Below, piece by piece: positions 28,445 through 38,943 of a stretch of DNA of 64,000 nt. Positions within the stretch are counted from its first letter, which is position 1. Each line of letters begins with the position of its first letter. The stretch covers positions 4,702 through 68,701 of the forward strand of contig JANNXA010000030.1 in assembly GCA_031409275.1 (NCBI GenBank), read 5' to 3'. This DNA is from Planctomycetota bacterium. Its GTDB lineage: Bacteria; Planctomycetota; B15-G4; SIAN01. The position numbers and the translations under genes were made by a program. The notes under the pieces were generated by a model that worked only from the letters and a program-made list of their open reading frames with translations, was not told where the DNA came from and searched no databases.

Positions 28445-31400
28445 CTATTGCCCGTCGTCGACTTCCGGCGCGCCGCCGTCGCTCTTGGGTCGCTCGACCG
28501 GCGGCAGTTCGCGCGGCGGGCGGCCATGGTCGCGAAACACCGTGACCCAGCGCTTGAAGTTCTCGTCGCCGAGGACGAAGAGGCCGCTCGGCATCTCCGA
28601 CTGCGCGCGCACGATGCCCGCGGAATCGATGAAGAAGAGCCAGCGCCGGCTGTTGGGAGCCTCGTCGCGACCGGGCTGGAACGGCTGCTCATGGAAGCGC
28701 AGTTCGACGCGATCGCCGAGGAGGCGCGTGATGAACTCGGCCAGGAACTTGCGCCCGCCGGCGTCGACCGCCGACGGCAATGCCACCACCAGATGCTGCG
28801 TCGGCTCGAGCCGTTCGACCAACGTGGCGAGTTCACGCAGATCCCACTGCAGCATCTGCGTGAAACCGGCGCGCGCCGCATCGTCGGCCAGCGGTTCGGC
28901 GGGCGGCGCCAACCACATCAACAGCGTCCCTTGGCTGCGCTTCTCGAGGCCGGCGCAGGTGCGGTTCAGCGTGCCCCACGGCGGCAGCGAGCGCGCGGTC
29001 GCCAGGTCGAACAGCATCGGCTCGAAGCTCGCGGCAGGCGCCAGTCGGCTGCGTTCGAGCCGCGTCACGCGCGCGTCTTCGACCTCGACCGCCCCCATGC
29101 TGGTCGCGAATCCGATCTGCCCTTCGATCGCGGCGCCGTCGACGGCGTGGTAGCGGCCGACGCGACGACCGTTGATCGAGACCTCGACCAGCGCGCCGTC
29201 GACCAGCAGCGTCAGCAGGAAACTCGACTGGCGCGATTCGAAGCCGAAGCCCCCTCCCGTCGTCGATCCCGGCAACCCGCCGTCGCGATCGCGCAACCCG
29301 GTGATCGACCAGCCCATGTCGTTGAACTCGGGCTCCTTCTGGCTCCTGCCGATGGCGTACATGAAGTCGCCGGCGCTGAACGAGAAGCGCAGGTTCTCCT
29401 CGCGATCGGCGTAGCCGAAGATGACCGCGCCATTCACGAACGAGGTGGTGAAGCGGATGCGCGCGTCGAGGCGCCACGTTCCCGGCAGCACCCATTCGGG
29501 CGCGAGCGCGAAGCAATGGAGCTGCGCGGCGCCGCGATCGACGGTGCCGGTGGCGTCGCGCGGCTTGTCGCGGCCGACGTGCAGGTCGCCATCTTCGTCG
29601 ACGTACCAGCGTCCCTTCGCGCGGCGCTCCTCGTAGTCGGTGAGGCCGAGTTCGATGAAACCGGCTGCGCCGAGCGGCCGCGCCGGCGGATCGAAGCCGG
29701 CGAGCGCCTTGCTGGTGTCGACCGGCGCGATCGTCTCCGCCGCCGCGAGGCCGAACCAGCTGCCGACGCGATCACGATCGGCCCGAAACGCCGCCGACGT
29801 GAGCGGTCGGCTGGCGGCCAGCGCGGTGATCGCGGCGGACTGCAGCGCGTCGGCGAGGGCGCGCACTTTGCCGAGCGAGCTCGCGAATGGCGGTGCGCCG
29901 ACGCGCGCACCGGCCGGGAACTCGAGCGTCTGCTTCAGCACCCACGCGGCGTCGCGGCGCGACTCGCTCTCCAGCGCGCCGGCCAGCAGCGCCTCGTCAG
30001 TCGGCCGTCGTCCATCGACCGCCAGCGCGAAGAGGAACGCGGCGATCGCATCCTGCTTCTTGCCTGCGGCTAGCAACAGCCGACCCGCCAGCGCCGCCTG
30101 CTCCTGCCCGAAACGCGGCTCGGCGCGGTGGCGCGACCAGACCCACGTCGGCTCGTCCATGATCGGCAACGAGGCGATGCCGCCGACCTCCTCGGTGTAC
30201 TCACCGACCCATGGCTTGCGATCCTGCCAGTAGAAACCGGCGAGCCACGGCGCCCACGCCGCCACGAACTCGGCGAAATCCTTGGGCCGCCCTTCGCGAC
30301 CATCGCAGAAGCACTGGGCGAAGTGCTCCTTCCACTTCTTCACGGTGCGCGCTTCCTTCATGAACTTCTCGAGGCGCGCCTTGAAGAGCGGTTGGCCGTC
30401 GGCGCCCTTGCGCGTGTTCAGGTAGACGTAGAGCGCGAAGCCGGCGACGTAGTTGTCGCGATAGTCGTCGATCGTCCCTTCGATCAGCTTGGTCAGGCTG
30501 TTGCCATCGCCGTAGCCCTTGATGAAGGCGGCTTCGATGGTGCCGATCGACGCGTAGTTGGCGACGAAGCGCTCCGACGCCGAGCTGCCGAATGCACCTC
30601 CCGTCCACACCGCGCGCCCTTCCAGCAGCCAGGCCGGCATGCCGGGGTAGATCGCGCCATCGAAGCGATGGGTGAGTTCGTGCGTGAGGCCGTGGCCGAA
30701 CGACTCGATGTCGCTGCAGCTGAAGCGCAGCGTCGTGACGTCCCCGCTCTGGAAACCGCCGGCCCACCAGAACGGCGCGTTCTCCGACTCGAGCCCCGCC
30801 GCTTCCGGCACGACGCGACACAGGCCGGGCCGACCGATGAACGGGTCCTGTCCGTACCACCCGACCAATCGCTGATGGTGCAGCTCGATCGTCTCCGCGA
30901 CGCCGAGCAGCGTGTTGAAGCCGCAGTCCGTCTCGATGCGGTACCACCCTTGCGGACTGACCGCGACGCCGGGATTGGCGAAGCTGTCGTGCGCGCGCGT
31001 GAACGCCTCGGCCTGATCACCATCGAGCTGCAGCAGCTCGTCGATCGTCCACGGCTTGTCGCTCTTGCCGGTGAGTTGCGTGCGCGCCTTGGCGAGGATC
31101 GCGTTCGCGCGTTCGCGCAGGTCGCCGATGCCGGACGGCCGCTCGCCCTGCAGGTCCTTGCCGAACGCGAGCTGCGTCCCGAGCCCGGCCAGGATGCGTC
31201 CCGCCTTGATCGCGTCGGCCGTGCGGCCGTTGCCGAGCGCGCTGGCCGCGAAGGCGTCGAGCGACTTCACGACCTTCGCCGGAAGCGCTCCTGGCAGCGG
31301 CAGCCGCGCGCTGAACTCGCCGGCGCGGCCCGCTCGCAGCTCTGGCGACTCGCGCACGAGGTCGAGCGCGAAGCGGCGCGCCCACCACGCCACCAGCAGC

Positions 31401-31849
31401 GAGTCGACCTTGCTCGCCGCCTCACGCTCCTTCGCGCTGGCGAGCTTGAGCAGCTCGTCGACTGCTGCCGCGCGCGCCGTCGCCAGCGCCAACGGCCGCG
31501 CCTCGTCCGCCGGCACCCGCTTGCGCGCGTCGCCATCGAGCGCGAGACGGCCATCGGGCGCCACCGCGGCGGTGGCGAGTCCATGCAGCGCGAGCTCGCG
31601 CGCATCGAGATCCTCCGCGCACGCCTCGACCAACAGCGACCAGAGCTCCGGCGAATCGGGCGCGAAATCGAGCGCCCGATGGAAGTGGCCGGCCGCTTCG
31701 ACGCGCTGCCCCGCCGCCAACGCCTTCTTGCCTGCCGCGAGGGGCGCGGCGACGTCGTCATGGCGAGTCGGAGCGGGTGGCGCCGGCGGCGGCGGCAGCT
31801 GCCGCGCGAAACCGGTCGCGGCCGCAAGGAACAAGAGTGCTGCGATCAC
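28445..31849 (-). CDS. Large secreted TPR + gluzincin (HExxH) metallopeptidase-like multidomain protein
   Basis: Signal peptide; THELTHRF...PAWLLEG (HExxH plus downstream E); C-terminal beta-sandwich. Start uncertain (31849 or 31897). Confidence 0.65.
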   Translation of the reverse strand: MIAALLFLAAATGFARQLPPPPAPPAPTRHDDVAAPLAAGKKALAAGQRVEAAGHFHRALDFAPDSPELWSLLVEACAEDLDARELALHGLATAAVAPDGRLALDGDARKRVPADEARPLALATARAAAVDELLKLASAKEREAASKVDSLLVAWWARRFALDLVRESPELRAGRAGEFSARLPLPGALPAKVVKSLDAFAASALGNGRTADAIKAGRILAGLGTQLAFGKDLQGERPSGIGDLRERANAILAKARTQLTGKSDKPWTIDELLQLDGDQAEAFTRAHDSFANPGVAVSPQGWYRIETDCGFNTLLGVAETIELHHQRLVGWYGQDPFIGRPGLCRVVPEAAGLESENAPFWWAGGFQSGDVTTLRFSCSDIESFGHGLTHELTHRFDGAIYPGMPAWLLEGRAVWTGGAFGSSASERFVANYASIGTIEAAFIKGYGDGNSLTKLIEGTIDDYRDNYVAGFALYVYLNTRKGADGQPLFKARLEKFMKEARTVKKWKEHFAQCFCDGREGRPKDFAEFVAAWAPWLAGFYWQDRKPWVGEYTEEVGGIASLPIMDEPTWVWSRHRAEPRFGQEQAALAGRLLLAAGKKQDAIAAFLFALAVDGRRPTDEALLAGALESESRRDAAWVLKQTLEFPAGARVGAPPFASSLGKVRALADALQSAAITALAASRPLTSAAFRADRDRVGSWFGLAAAETIAPVDTSKALAGFDPPARPLGAAGFIELGLTDYEERRAKGRWYVDEDGDLHVGRDKPRDATGTVDRGAAQLHCFALAPEWVLPGTWRLDARIRFTTSFVNGAVIFGYADREENLRFSFSAGDFMYAIGRSQKEPEFNDMGWSITGLRDRDGGLPGSTTGGGFGFESRQSSFLLTLLVDGALVEVSINGRRVGRYHAVDGAAIEGQIGFATSMGAVEVEDARVTRLERSRLAPAASFEPMLFDLATARSLPPWGTLNRTCAGLEKRSQGTLLMWLAPPAEPLADDAARAGFTQMLQWDLRELATLVERLEPTQHLVVALPSAVDAGGRKFLAEFITRLLGDRVELRFHEQPFQPGRDEAPNSRRWLFFIDSAGIVRAQSEMPSGLFVLGDENFKRWVTVFRDHGRPPRELPPVERPKSDGGAPEVDDGQ

Positions 31850-31949
31850 CGATCCAACCTCGCTGATGGAGAAGTGGCGGGCGGGCGGCACGATCATGCC
31901 GAGCGCGCCCCATCCCGGGGTCGCGGGAGTCGCGCGTCGAGGAGTGAGG

Positions 31950-34900
31950 ATGGTCGTGCAAGGCGGACGCGACGTCGTGGCGAGGTTGCTGCTGACACTC
32001 CTCGCGACGGCATCGATCAGGTTTCCCGAAGAGAGCGACCAAGCGGGCGCGCTCCGGCTCGCGCCACCCCTGCGCCGCGTCCTCTTCCTCGCCGGCGCCG
32101 ACGACTCCCATCCGCCTGGCACGCACGAGTACGCGGCGGCGGCGATCGTCCTGGCCGACGCGCTCGCGCGCAGCGACGTCGGATCGCAGGTCGAGTGCGA
32201 GGTGCACCACGGTGGTTGGCCGGCCGACGAGGCGGCGATCGCGCGCGCCGACGCGATCGTGCTGATTGCGGCGGGCGCCGACCAGCGGCGCGAAGACCAC
32301 CCGTTCCTGCTGGGCGAGCGGATGGCGGTGGTCGAGCGCGCGATGGCGCGCGGCTGCGGCCTCGTCGTGATCCACTGGGGGCTCTTCGTGCCGGGCGACG
32401 ACCCGACGCTCGAGCCGGAGATTCTCGACGCCTCGCCGGCCGGGCGCTTCCTCTCGTGGATCGGCGGCTTCTTCGATTACGAGCGCGGTCCTCCGCCCAA
32501 CGGCTGGAAGTCGCGGATCGTCAACCGCAGCCATGCCGTCGTCGCGGTCGACGTCGACTTCCCCGAACCACGCCATCCAGTGCTGAACGGCTTCGACTAC
32601 ACCCTGCTGATCGACGACGAGTTCTACGACCACCTCTCGTTCCCGCTCCCCGAGCGGCGCAAGGCGCTGCACTTCACTCCGCTACTGGCGCGGCGCGATT
32701 CGACAGGTGGCAACGGCAGCGCCTACGATCCCAATCCTTCGACGCTCGGCGACTTGATCGCCTTCGCCGTCGAGCGCCCCGACGGCGGTCGCGGCGTCGG
32801 CTTCAGCGGCGGCCACTCGCTGGAGAACTACCAGCCCGGCCGCTTTCAGCCCTTCCTGCTCAACGCGATCGCGTGGACGGCGCGGCTCGTGATTCCACCG
32901 AAGGGGATCGCGCCGCCGCGCGACGTCCCGATCCGTGTGAAGATCCTCACCGGCCACGACCATCCCGCGCACGACTGGCGCGGCGTCGCCGCGACGATGC
33001 ACGAGCTGCTGGAACGCGACCCGCGTTTCGAAGTGACCCTCGCGACGTCGATCGCCTCCTCGCAGATCCAGATTCGCAACGCGGACGACTCGCCCTACGT
33101 CGACGCCGTCGTGCTGGCCTGCAACCACTGGGATCAGCCGGCCGAGTCGATGGGCTTCACCCCGTTCTGGCAGCGGGCGCTGCTCGACTACGTGAGCGAT
33201 GGCGGCGGCCTGGTGCTGCCGCACTTCGCCGGCAGCGCGTTCCAAGCGGCGCTGCCCGCCGGCCCCGCCTCCGATTGGCCCGCGTTCCGCGAACTCCTCT
33301 CCGCCCGCTGGTGGCGCTACGACGCGCCGGCGAGCGGCCATCCTGCAAGCGGCCACGACGACTTCGGACCGTTCCGCGTTGAGCTCACCGCCGAACGCCA
33401 TCCGATCACCGCCGGCGCGACCGCGTGGCTCGCGCAGGACGAGCTCTACCACTCGCAGGCGGGCACGCTGTCGATCGCTCCGCTGATCACCGCGAAGTCG
33501 AAGCAGAGCGGTCGCTACGAACCGCTCGCATGGGCGCGCGAAGTCGGGCGCGGCCGCGTCTTCCAATCACTGCTCGGCCACGCGCCCGAGTCGTACCGCT
33601 CGACCGGCTCGGCGCGCCTCTTCGTGCGCGGCGTCACGTGGGCGGCCGGCGTGCCGCTGCTCGAGCTACCGGGGCTCGAGATGCGCCGCGAAGCGGACGC
33701 GGGAGAGTCGAAGGTGCGCAGCGGCGCGGGGCGCGACGGCGCGGCGCTCGACGCCCGGCTCGGCCACGTCGAGACGTTGGGCTCCGACGAGTTCGCCGCG
33801 CGACCGGGCCGCTCATTCACGGTCGAGTGTGCCGCGCGCCTCTTCTCCACGACGAACTACAACGTGCTGGTGACCCATCAGCCGCACGCTTCGGCGGGCC
33901 ACTTCGACCTCGACTCGCGCATCGGCGACGGCGTGTTCAAGGCCTACCTCCCCGGCTGGGAACCGAGCGAGCTCCCGTCGCCGCGCGCGATCGTCGACGG
34001 CGAGTGGCATCGCATCGCCATGCAGTTCGACGCGACGGCGAGCGGCCGCTTCGACTCGCCGCCGATCGCGACGGTCGTCCTCTTCGTCGACGGTGCCGAG
34101 GTGCTGCGCGCGACCACGCGCTGGCGCGGGCGGAGCGACTTCGTTGCCGGTCCGCTGGTGGTGGGCGCCTCGTACGAGGGAACGACGCCGCGCTGCGGCA
34201 GCGATGCGCTGCTGGACGAGATCGCGGTGCGCCGCGGGCTCGTGGCGCCAACGCCACGTGAACAGGTGCCGACGCGCGACGCGGCCACGCTCCTCCTCGA
34301 GACGTTCGACGAGCCGGTGCCGGTCGCCAGCGCGTCCCCCGCCGTGAAGGCGGCCGACCTCCCTTGGACGCCGCCGCCGGCGAGCGGGCCCGACGCGCCA
34401 CCGTGGGAGAAGGAGAGCGACGCCGATTGGCGCGACGACCGCTTCGCCGCAATGGAGTACGGCCGCTTCCTGGCATCGACCGTCCGCACGCCGCCGAGCA
34501 CCGGGCGCGAGCGCGTGGCGAAGGGGCTCACCGTGAAGCTCGGCTCCGCCAACGAGGTGTCGTGGCTGTTCGACACGGAGCGTTGCGAGTTCGTCGCTGC
34601 GTGGGACGGCGCACTCCAGTTCGAGCCCGCGCGCTTCGGCTTGCTGTCGGCGCCGACGATTCCGGTGGCGCCGCTGCTCTTCGCTGCTGCGGGCTACGAC
34701 ACGGCGCGCGCCGCGGCCGACCGTCCCGTCGCCGCGCCGCGCTACCGCGGCCGCCATCGCCACGGCGAGCGAGTCGTCTTGGAGTACGAGCTCGCCGGCG
34801 CGCAGCTCCTCGAATCACCAAGCGTCGTGCTGCCGAGCGAGAGCGGCCTTGCGCGTCCGTTGCTGGTGCGCGAGCTCGAAGTGGGGCCGAACGCCGAGCC

Positions 34901-36791
34901 GGTGGAACTCCTGCTCCATTCGTTCGCGTCGATCGAGCGACGCGGTGAGCGGGAGTGGCAGGAGGAGATTCGCGGCAAGCCAGGCTCTTTCCTGCGAGTT
35001 CACGAGACCATCGGGCACGGCGCGTTATCCGGCGACAAGCTCGAGGGCGGCGAGGTGATCGTCGCCAGTCGATCGGTGCGCTGGATCGAGGACGCTGGCG
35101 CTGCAGCCGACGCCGCCGCGGCCCCCGCGACCGGCGCCGTCGCTGACAGCGACACGGCGCTCGCAACGACGCAGTTGCGACCAAGAGGCGGACCGTCATC
35201 GGATGTCGCGCTGCTCGAATCGATGGCGCTCCACCTCGCGCCGTCCCCCCGCCCGCGCACCCTCCGGCTCTTCCAGTACCGAGGCCCCGAAAGCGACCTC
35301 GCGAAGCTCGAGGCGTACGTCGCGGCCCGCTCGCTCGACGCGGAGCCGCTCGATCTCGCGGCGCTGTCGAAGCCGGGTCCGGCGCGCTGGGGCGAGCCGC
35401 TCGTCACGCGCGGCACCGTCGCGCCCGATGACGCGGCCTACGTGGTCGACTCGCTCGAGCCGCCGTTCGAAAACCCGTGGCACGCGCTGCTCTACTTCAG
35501 CGGCATCGACTTCCTGCCCGACGGACGGGCGGCGGTCTGCAGCGCGCACGGTGACGTCTGGCTGGTCGGCGGGATCGACGCGAGCCTGCAGCGCGTGACG
35601 TGGCAGCGCTTCGCGACCGGGCTTCACCAGCCGCTCGGATTGAAGGTGGTGGACGGGCGCGTGCTGATCGTCGGTCGCGACGGCCTCACGCGCCTGCACG
35701 ACCTGAACGGCGATGGCGAAGCCGACTGGTACGAAGCGTTCCAGCGCGACGTGGTCGAGACCGGTGGCGATCACCTCTTCGCGATGAACCTGGAGCAACT
35801 GCCGGATGGCAGCCTCCTCTTCGTGAAGAGCGGCGATCGCGGCACGGAGCACGGCGGTGCGCTGCTGCGGGCGAGCGCCGATGGTGCGACTCTCTCGCGC
35901 TTCGCCACCGGCTGGCGCCACGGCAACGGGCTCGCGATCAGCTCCACCGGCGAGATCGTCACGAGCGACAACCAGGGCAACTGGGTGCCGAGCACGCGGC
36001 TCGACGTCGTGCGCGAAGGAGGCTTCCACGGCTACGTGCCGGCGTGGCGCGGCCGCGTCGAGATCGCGACGCACGCGGATGGAACGCCCGACGCCACGCC
36101 GACGACGTTCGATCCGCCGCTCTGCTGGATCCCCCACGAGGTCGACAACTCGGCTGGTTCGCCGATCCATTGCGAACGGCGCGACTTCGGGCCGCTTTCC
36201 CATCAATTGCTGCACCTGTCGTTTGGCAAGGCGCGTCTCTACGCGGTGCTGCGCGATGAACACGCCGCCGGCGTCGTCCCGCTGCCAGTCGACTTCCTCT
36301 CGGGGGCGATGCGCGGCGAGTTCAGCGCGAGTGACGGCGCGCTCTACGTGGTCGGCTGCGACGGCTGGCAGACAGCGGCGGTGCGCGACGGCTGCCTGCA
36401 GCGCGTCCGCTACACCGGCCTCCCCTTCCATCTGCCGAGCGAGCTGCACGTGCGGCGCGGCTGGATCTCGCTCGACTTCCCCGAACCGCTCGAGCGCGAG
36501 TCCGCCACGCGCCTCGATCGCTTCACGCTGACGCGCTGGAACTACCGCTGGAGCGGCGAGTACGGCAGCGCGAAGTACCGGCCGAGCATCGGCGACGGCC
36601 GCAGCGAGGTGGGCGAGGAAGCACTGCCGATCACGCGCGTCGAGCTCGCCCCGGACGCTCGCCGCCTCTTCCTCTTCGTCGACGACCTGCAACCGGTCGA
36701 CCAGATGCGCCTCACCTTCGACCTGCAAGCCGACGACGGCGCCATCGTGCGGGGCGCGGTCTACCCGACGGTGCATTCGATCGGGGAGTGA
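31950..36791 (+). CDS. Multidomain protein: 2x ThuA-like + LamG-like + DUF6797-like + sugar-dehydrogenase-like beta-propeller (~1613 aa)
   Basis: HPPGTHEY/GRGVGFSGGH and LTGHDHPAHDW/DELY/GRVFQSLLGH (ThuA-like); DGEWHRIA (LamG-like); FATGLHQPLGL and SDNQGNWVP (propeller). Confidence 0.8.
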   Translation: MVVQGGRDVVARLLLTLLATASIRFPEESDQAGALRLAPPLRRVLFLAGADDSHPPGTHEYAAAAIVLADALARSDVGSQVECEVHHGGWPADEAAIARADAIVLIAAGADQRREDHPFLLGERMAVVERAMARGCGLVVIHWGLFVPGDDPTLEPEILDASPAGRFLSWIGGFFDYERGPPPNGWKSRIVNRSHAVVAVDVDFPEPRHPVLNGFDYTLLIDDEFYDHLSFPLPERRKALHFTPLLARRDSTGGNGSAYDPNPSTLGDLIAFAVERPDGGRGVGFSGGHSLENYQPGRFQPFLLNAIAWTARLVIPPKGIAPPRDVPIRVKILTGHDHPAHDWRGVAATMHELLERDPRFEVTLATSIASSQIQIRNADDSPYVDAVVLACNHWDQPAESMGFTPFWQRALLDYVSDGGGLVLPHFAGSAFQAALPAGPASDWPAFRELLSARWWRYDAPASGHPASGHDDFGPFRVELTAERHPITAGATAWLAQDELYHSQAGTLSIAPLITAKSKQSGRYEPLAWAREVGRGRVFQSLLGHAPESYRSTGSARLFVRGVTWAAGVPLLELPGLEMRREADAGESKVRSGAGRDGAALDARLGHVETLGSDEFAARPGRSFTVECAARLFSTTNYNVLVTHQPHASAGHFDLDSRIGDGVFKAYLPGWEPSELPSPRAIVDGEWHRIAMQFDATASGRFDSPPIATVVLFVDGAEVLRATTRWRGRSDFVAGPLVVGASYEGTTPRCGSDALLDEIAVRRGLVAPTPREQVPTRDAATLLLETFDEPVPVASASPAVKAADLPWTPPPASGPDAPPWEKESDADWRDDRFAAMEYGRFLASTVRTPPSTGRERVAKGLTVKLGSANEVSWLFDTERCEFVAAWDGALQFEPARFGLLSAPTIPVAPLLFAAAGYDTARAAADRPVAAPRYRGRHRHGERVVLEYELAGAQLLESPSVVLPSESGLARPLLVRELEVGPNAEPVELLLHSFASIERRGEREWQEEIRGKPGSFLRVHETIGHGALSGDKLEGGEVIVASRSVRWIEDAGAAADAAAAPATGAVADSDTALATTQLRPRGGPSSDVALLESMALHLAPSPRPRTLRLFQYRGPESDLAKLEAYVAARSLDAEPLDLAALSKPGPARWGEPLVTRGTVAPDDAAYVVDSLEPPFENPWHALLYFSGIDFLPDGRAAVCSAHGDVWLVGGIDASLQRVTWQRFATGLHQPLGLKVVDGRVLIVGRDGLTRLHDLNGDGEADWYEAFQRDVVETGGDHLFAMNLEQLPDGSLLFVKSGDRGTEHGGALLRASADGATLSRFATGWRHGNGLAISSTGEIVTSDNQGNWVPSTRLDVVREGGFHGYVPAWRGRVEIATHADGTPDATPTTFDPPLCWIPHEVDNSAGSPIHCERRDFGPLSHQLLHLSFGKARLYAVLRDEHAAGVVPLPVDFLSGAMRGEFSASDGALYVVGCDGWQTAAVRDGCLQRVRYTGLPFHLPSELHVRRGWISLDFPEPLERESATRLDRFTLTRWNYRWSGEYGSAKYRPSIGDGRSEVGEEALPITRVELAPDARRLFLFVDDLQPVDQMRLTFDLQADDGAIVRGAVYPTVHSIGE

Positions 36792-37495
36792 GGGGCGCGC
36801 TGATCGGGGCATTCGGCCGCACGCATCCCCCTGCGGTTCCTGCCTCGGCCGCTCCGGTCCCCGACGTCGAGCTGCACGGGACCAGCAAGTTCTCGCGGCT
36901 CGAAGGTCGACGTTGGCCGCATCGACGGCAGCTCCGACCACGTAGTGAGCGGCGTCGGACACACGGTCGGTTCGCCCGCGTTCGAAGGCGCGATCGACGA
37001 CACCGTGCGTGCCCTGGAGGCGTGATCGACGCCACCCAGTTCGAGAATCCGTTCGGCTTCGTCACCGCGAGTTGCGATTGGAACCGCGACGGCGTCGACG
37101 ACCTCGCCGTCACGATCCTCTCCTGGTGGAACTACGCGCCGTCGCCGATCAACCCGGGCGCTGTCCGCATCTACCTCGGCTGCCCGGCCACGGCCGCGAG
37201 CTACGGCACAGGCTGGTTCGGCACGCAGCGCACGCCGACGCTCGGCCTGCTGCTGGTCGGCGTGGCCGACGCGAGCGTGCCGCTGAAGAGCGGCGCGACG
37301 CTGCTGGTCGCCGCCCCGTCCACGATCCCGATCACGATTCCCGCGACCGGGTGGAGCGACACCGACACCGTCCCGAACGACCCCGTGCTCTGCTTCCTCG
37401 ACCTCTACTTGCAGGTCGTCGAGCTCGACGCCGGAGCGGTCGGCCGCCTCTCGTTCACCAACGGCCTGCAGCTGCGGATCGGCTTCGACCTCTGA
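36788..37495 (+). pseudogene. Truncated/frameshifted FG-GAP protein remnant retaining its C-terminal domain
   Basis: One repeat (DWNRDGVDDLAV...GAVRIYLG), no signal peptide, coding-like sequence switches frame around 36900-37020, and the C-terminal domain looks internally deleted. Confidence 0.5.
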
Positions 37496-37521
37496 GCGCG
37501 GCGCGAGCCTATCGTCGCGGG

Positions 37522-38934
37522 ATGGACACCCTCCTCGCATCGATCGTGCTCGCGTTCCAGGCGGCCGCGGATGGCCCCGCGCACCCCACGCGCCCCGGCT
37601 TCGCGATCGTCGCGCCTGCGGCATGGCGAGACGCGCTCGCGCCGTTCGCGCAAGCGCGCGCGGAGCAGTGGCGTGTCGAGCTGCTTTCGATCGAGGAGGT
37701 GCTGGCGGCCGGAGCCGCGGCAAACGACGCAGCGGTCGGAGCCGATGCTCCCGAGCGGCTCAAGCGCTGGCTCTACGACGGTTGGCGCGAACGCGGGCTC
37801 ACTCACGTGCTGCTGGTCGGCGACTGCGACGTGCTGCCGGTGCGTTTCATGGTGCTCGATCGCGGCACGCCGGCGGCGGCGGATCGCGCCTTCTACGCGT
37901 GCGACCTCTATTACGCCGACGTCGCGCGCGACGACGGCAGCTTCGATGACTGGAATGGCGCCGATCTGGCCGCCGGCGGCGATCCGCGCTACTTCGGCGA
38001 AGTGCGGGGCGAGACGGAGAAGAGCTCGCCGATCAACTTCGACCGCATCTCCTACATCCCCGAACTCGCCGTCGGACGGTGGCCGGTCAGCGAGCTCGCC
38101 GCGCTGAACGCGGTGGTCGCGAAGACGCTCGCGTGGCGACCGAGCGAGCCGGCGCCGCGTGCGCTGGCGGTGCACGCCGGCGGCTGGATCGACGCGCGCG
38201 GCCCCGTGCAGGCAATGCTCGAAACGCTCGCCAGCAGCGGCTTCGCGACGTCGCATCAGCTCTTCGGCGATGAGGGTGGCGTGCCGACTCCGGCCAGCGT
38301 GAGCAGCGCGGTCGGCGGCGGCCTCGATCTCCTCTTCCACCTCGGGCACGGTTTCCCCGAAGGGTTCGATCGCTGCTTCGGCCCCGCCGAAGTCGATGCC
38401 TCGCGCAGCGCCCATCCCGCCGTCTGGTTCTCGGTGGGCTGCAACACCGCGTCGTTCTGCACCGAGCCGCCCTACCAGCCCTACGTCGACAGCGACGGGG
38501 TCGCGCATCGCGGCACGAACGCCGGCGAGCAGTTCACCGCGCCGCCCCCGCCACCCGCCTGCCTGTAACCCGGCTCGCTGAACTCGACCGGCGTCGGCGA
38601 AAGGCTGCTGCGCCTGCCCACCGGCGGCGCCATCGCCTACCTTGGCTGCAACACCGGCGCGCAACCGTGCGCCGTGACGCTGATGGAGGGGTTCGTGCAA
38701 GCGCTCGCGGCGCCGCCAGATGCGCCGGCGGGCGGCGTTGCCGCGGCCGCGGCCGGCGCCGCTCGCGCTGTCGGGCCCACCATCGGCGCGGCGTGGCGCG
38801 CCGCGCTCCACCACTACTTCGAGGCGCAGCAGCTCGCGACGCTGCAGCCGAACGCCGACTGGTATCCGCCGAGCATCTTCTTCCAGGGCATGAAGTTCAT
38901 GCTGTTCGGCGATCCGACGCTGCGGCTGCGTTGA
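37522..38934 (+). pseudogene. Peptidase C25 (gingipain-like) interrupted by in-frame TAA at 38566-38568
   Basis: VLLVGD, DLYYAD, ELAVGRWP, catalytic HLGHG and VGCNT. The frame continues after TAA with PGSLNSTGVGERLL...GAIAYLGC...FMLFGDPTL. Confidence 0.75.
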
Positions 38935-38943
38935 GCGTTTCGT

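Noticed and set aside
38566-38568. Recoded stop (Sec/Pyl) in the C25 peptidase
   Set aside because: The codon is TAA, it is not at a catalytic position, and a single CAA-to-TAA change is a simpler explanation.
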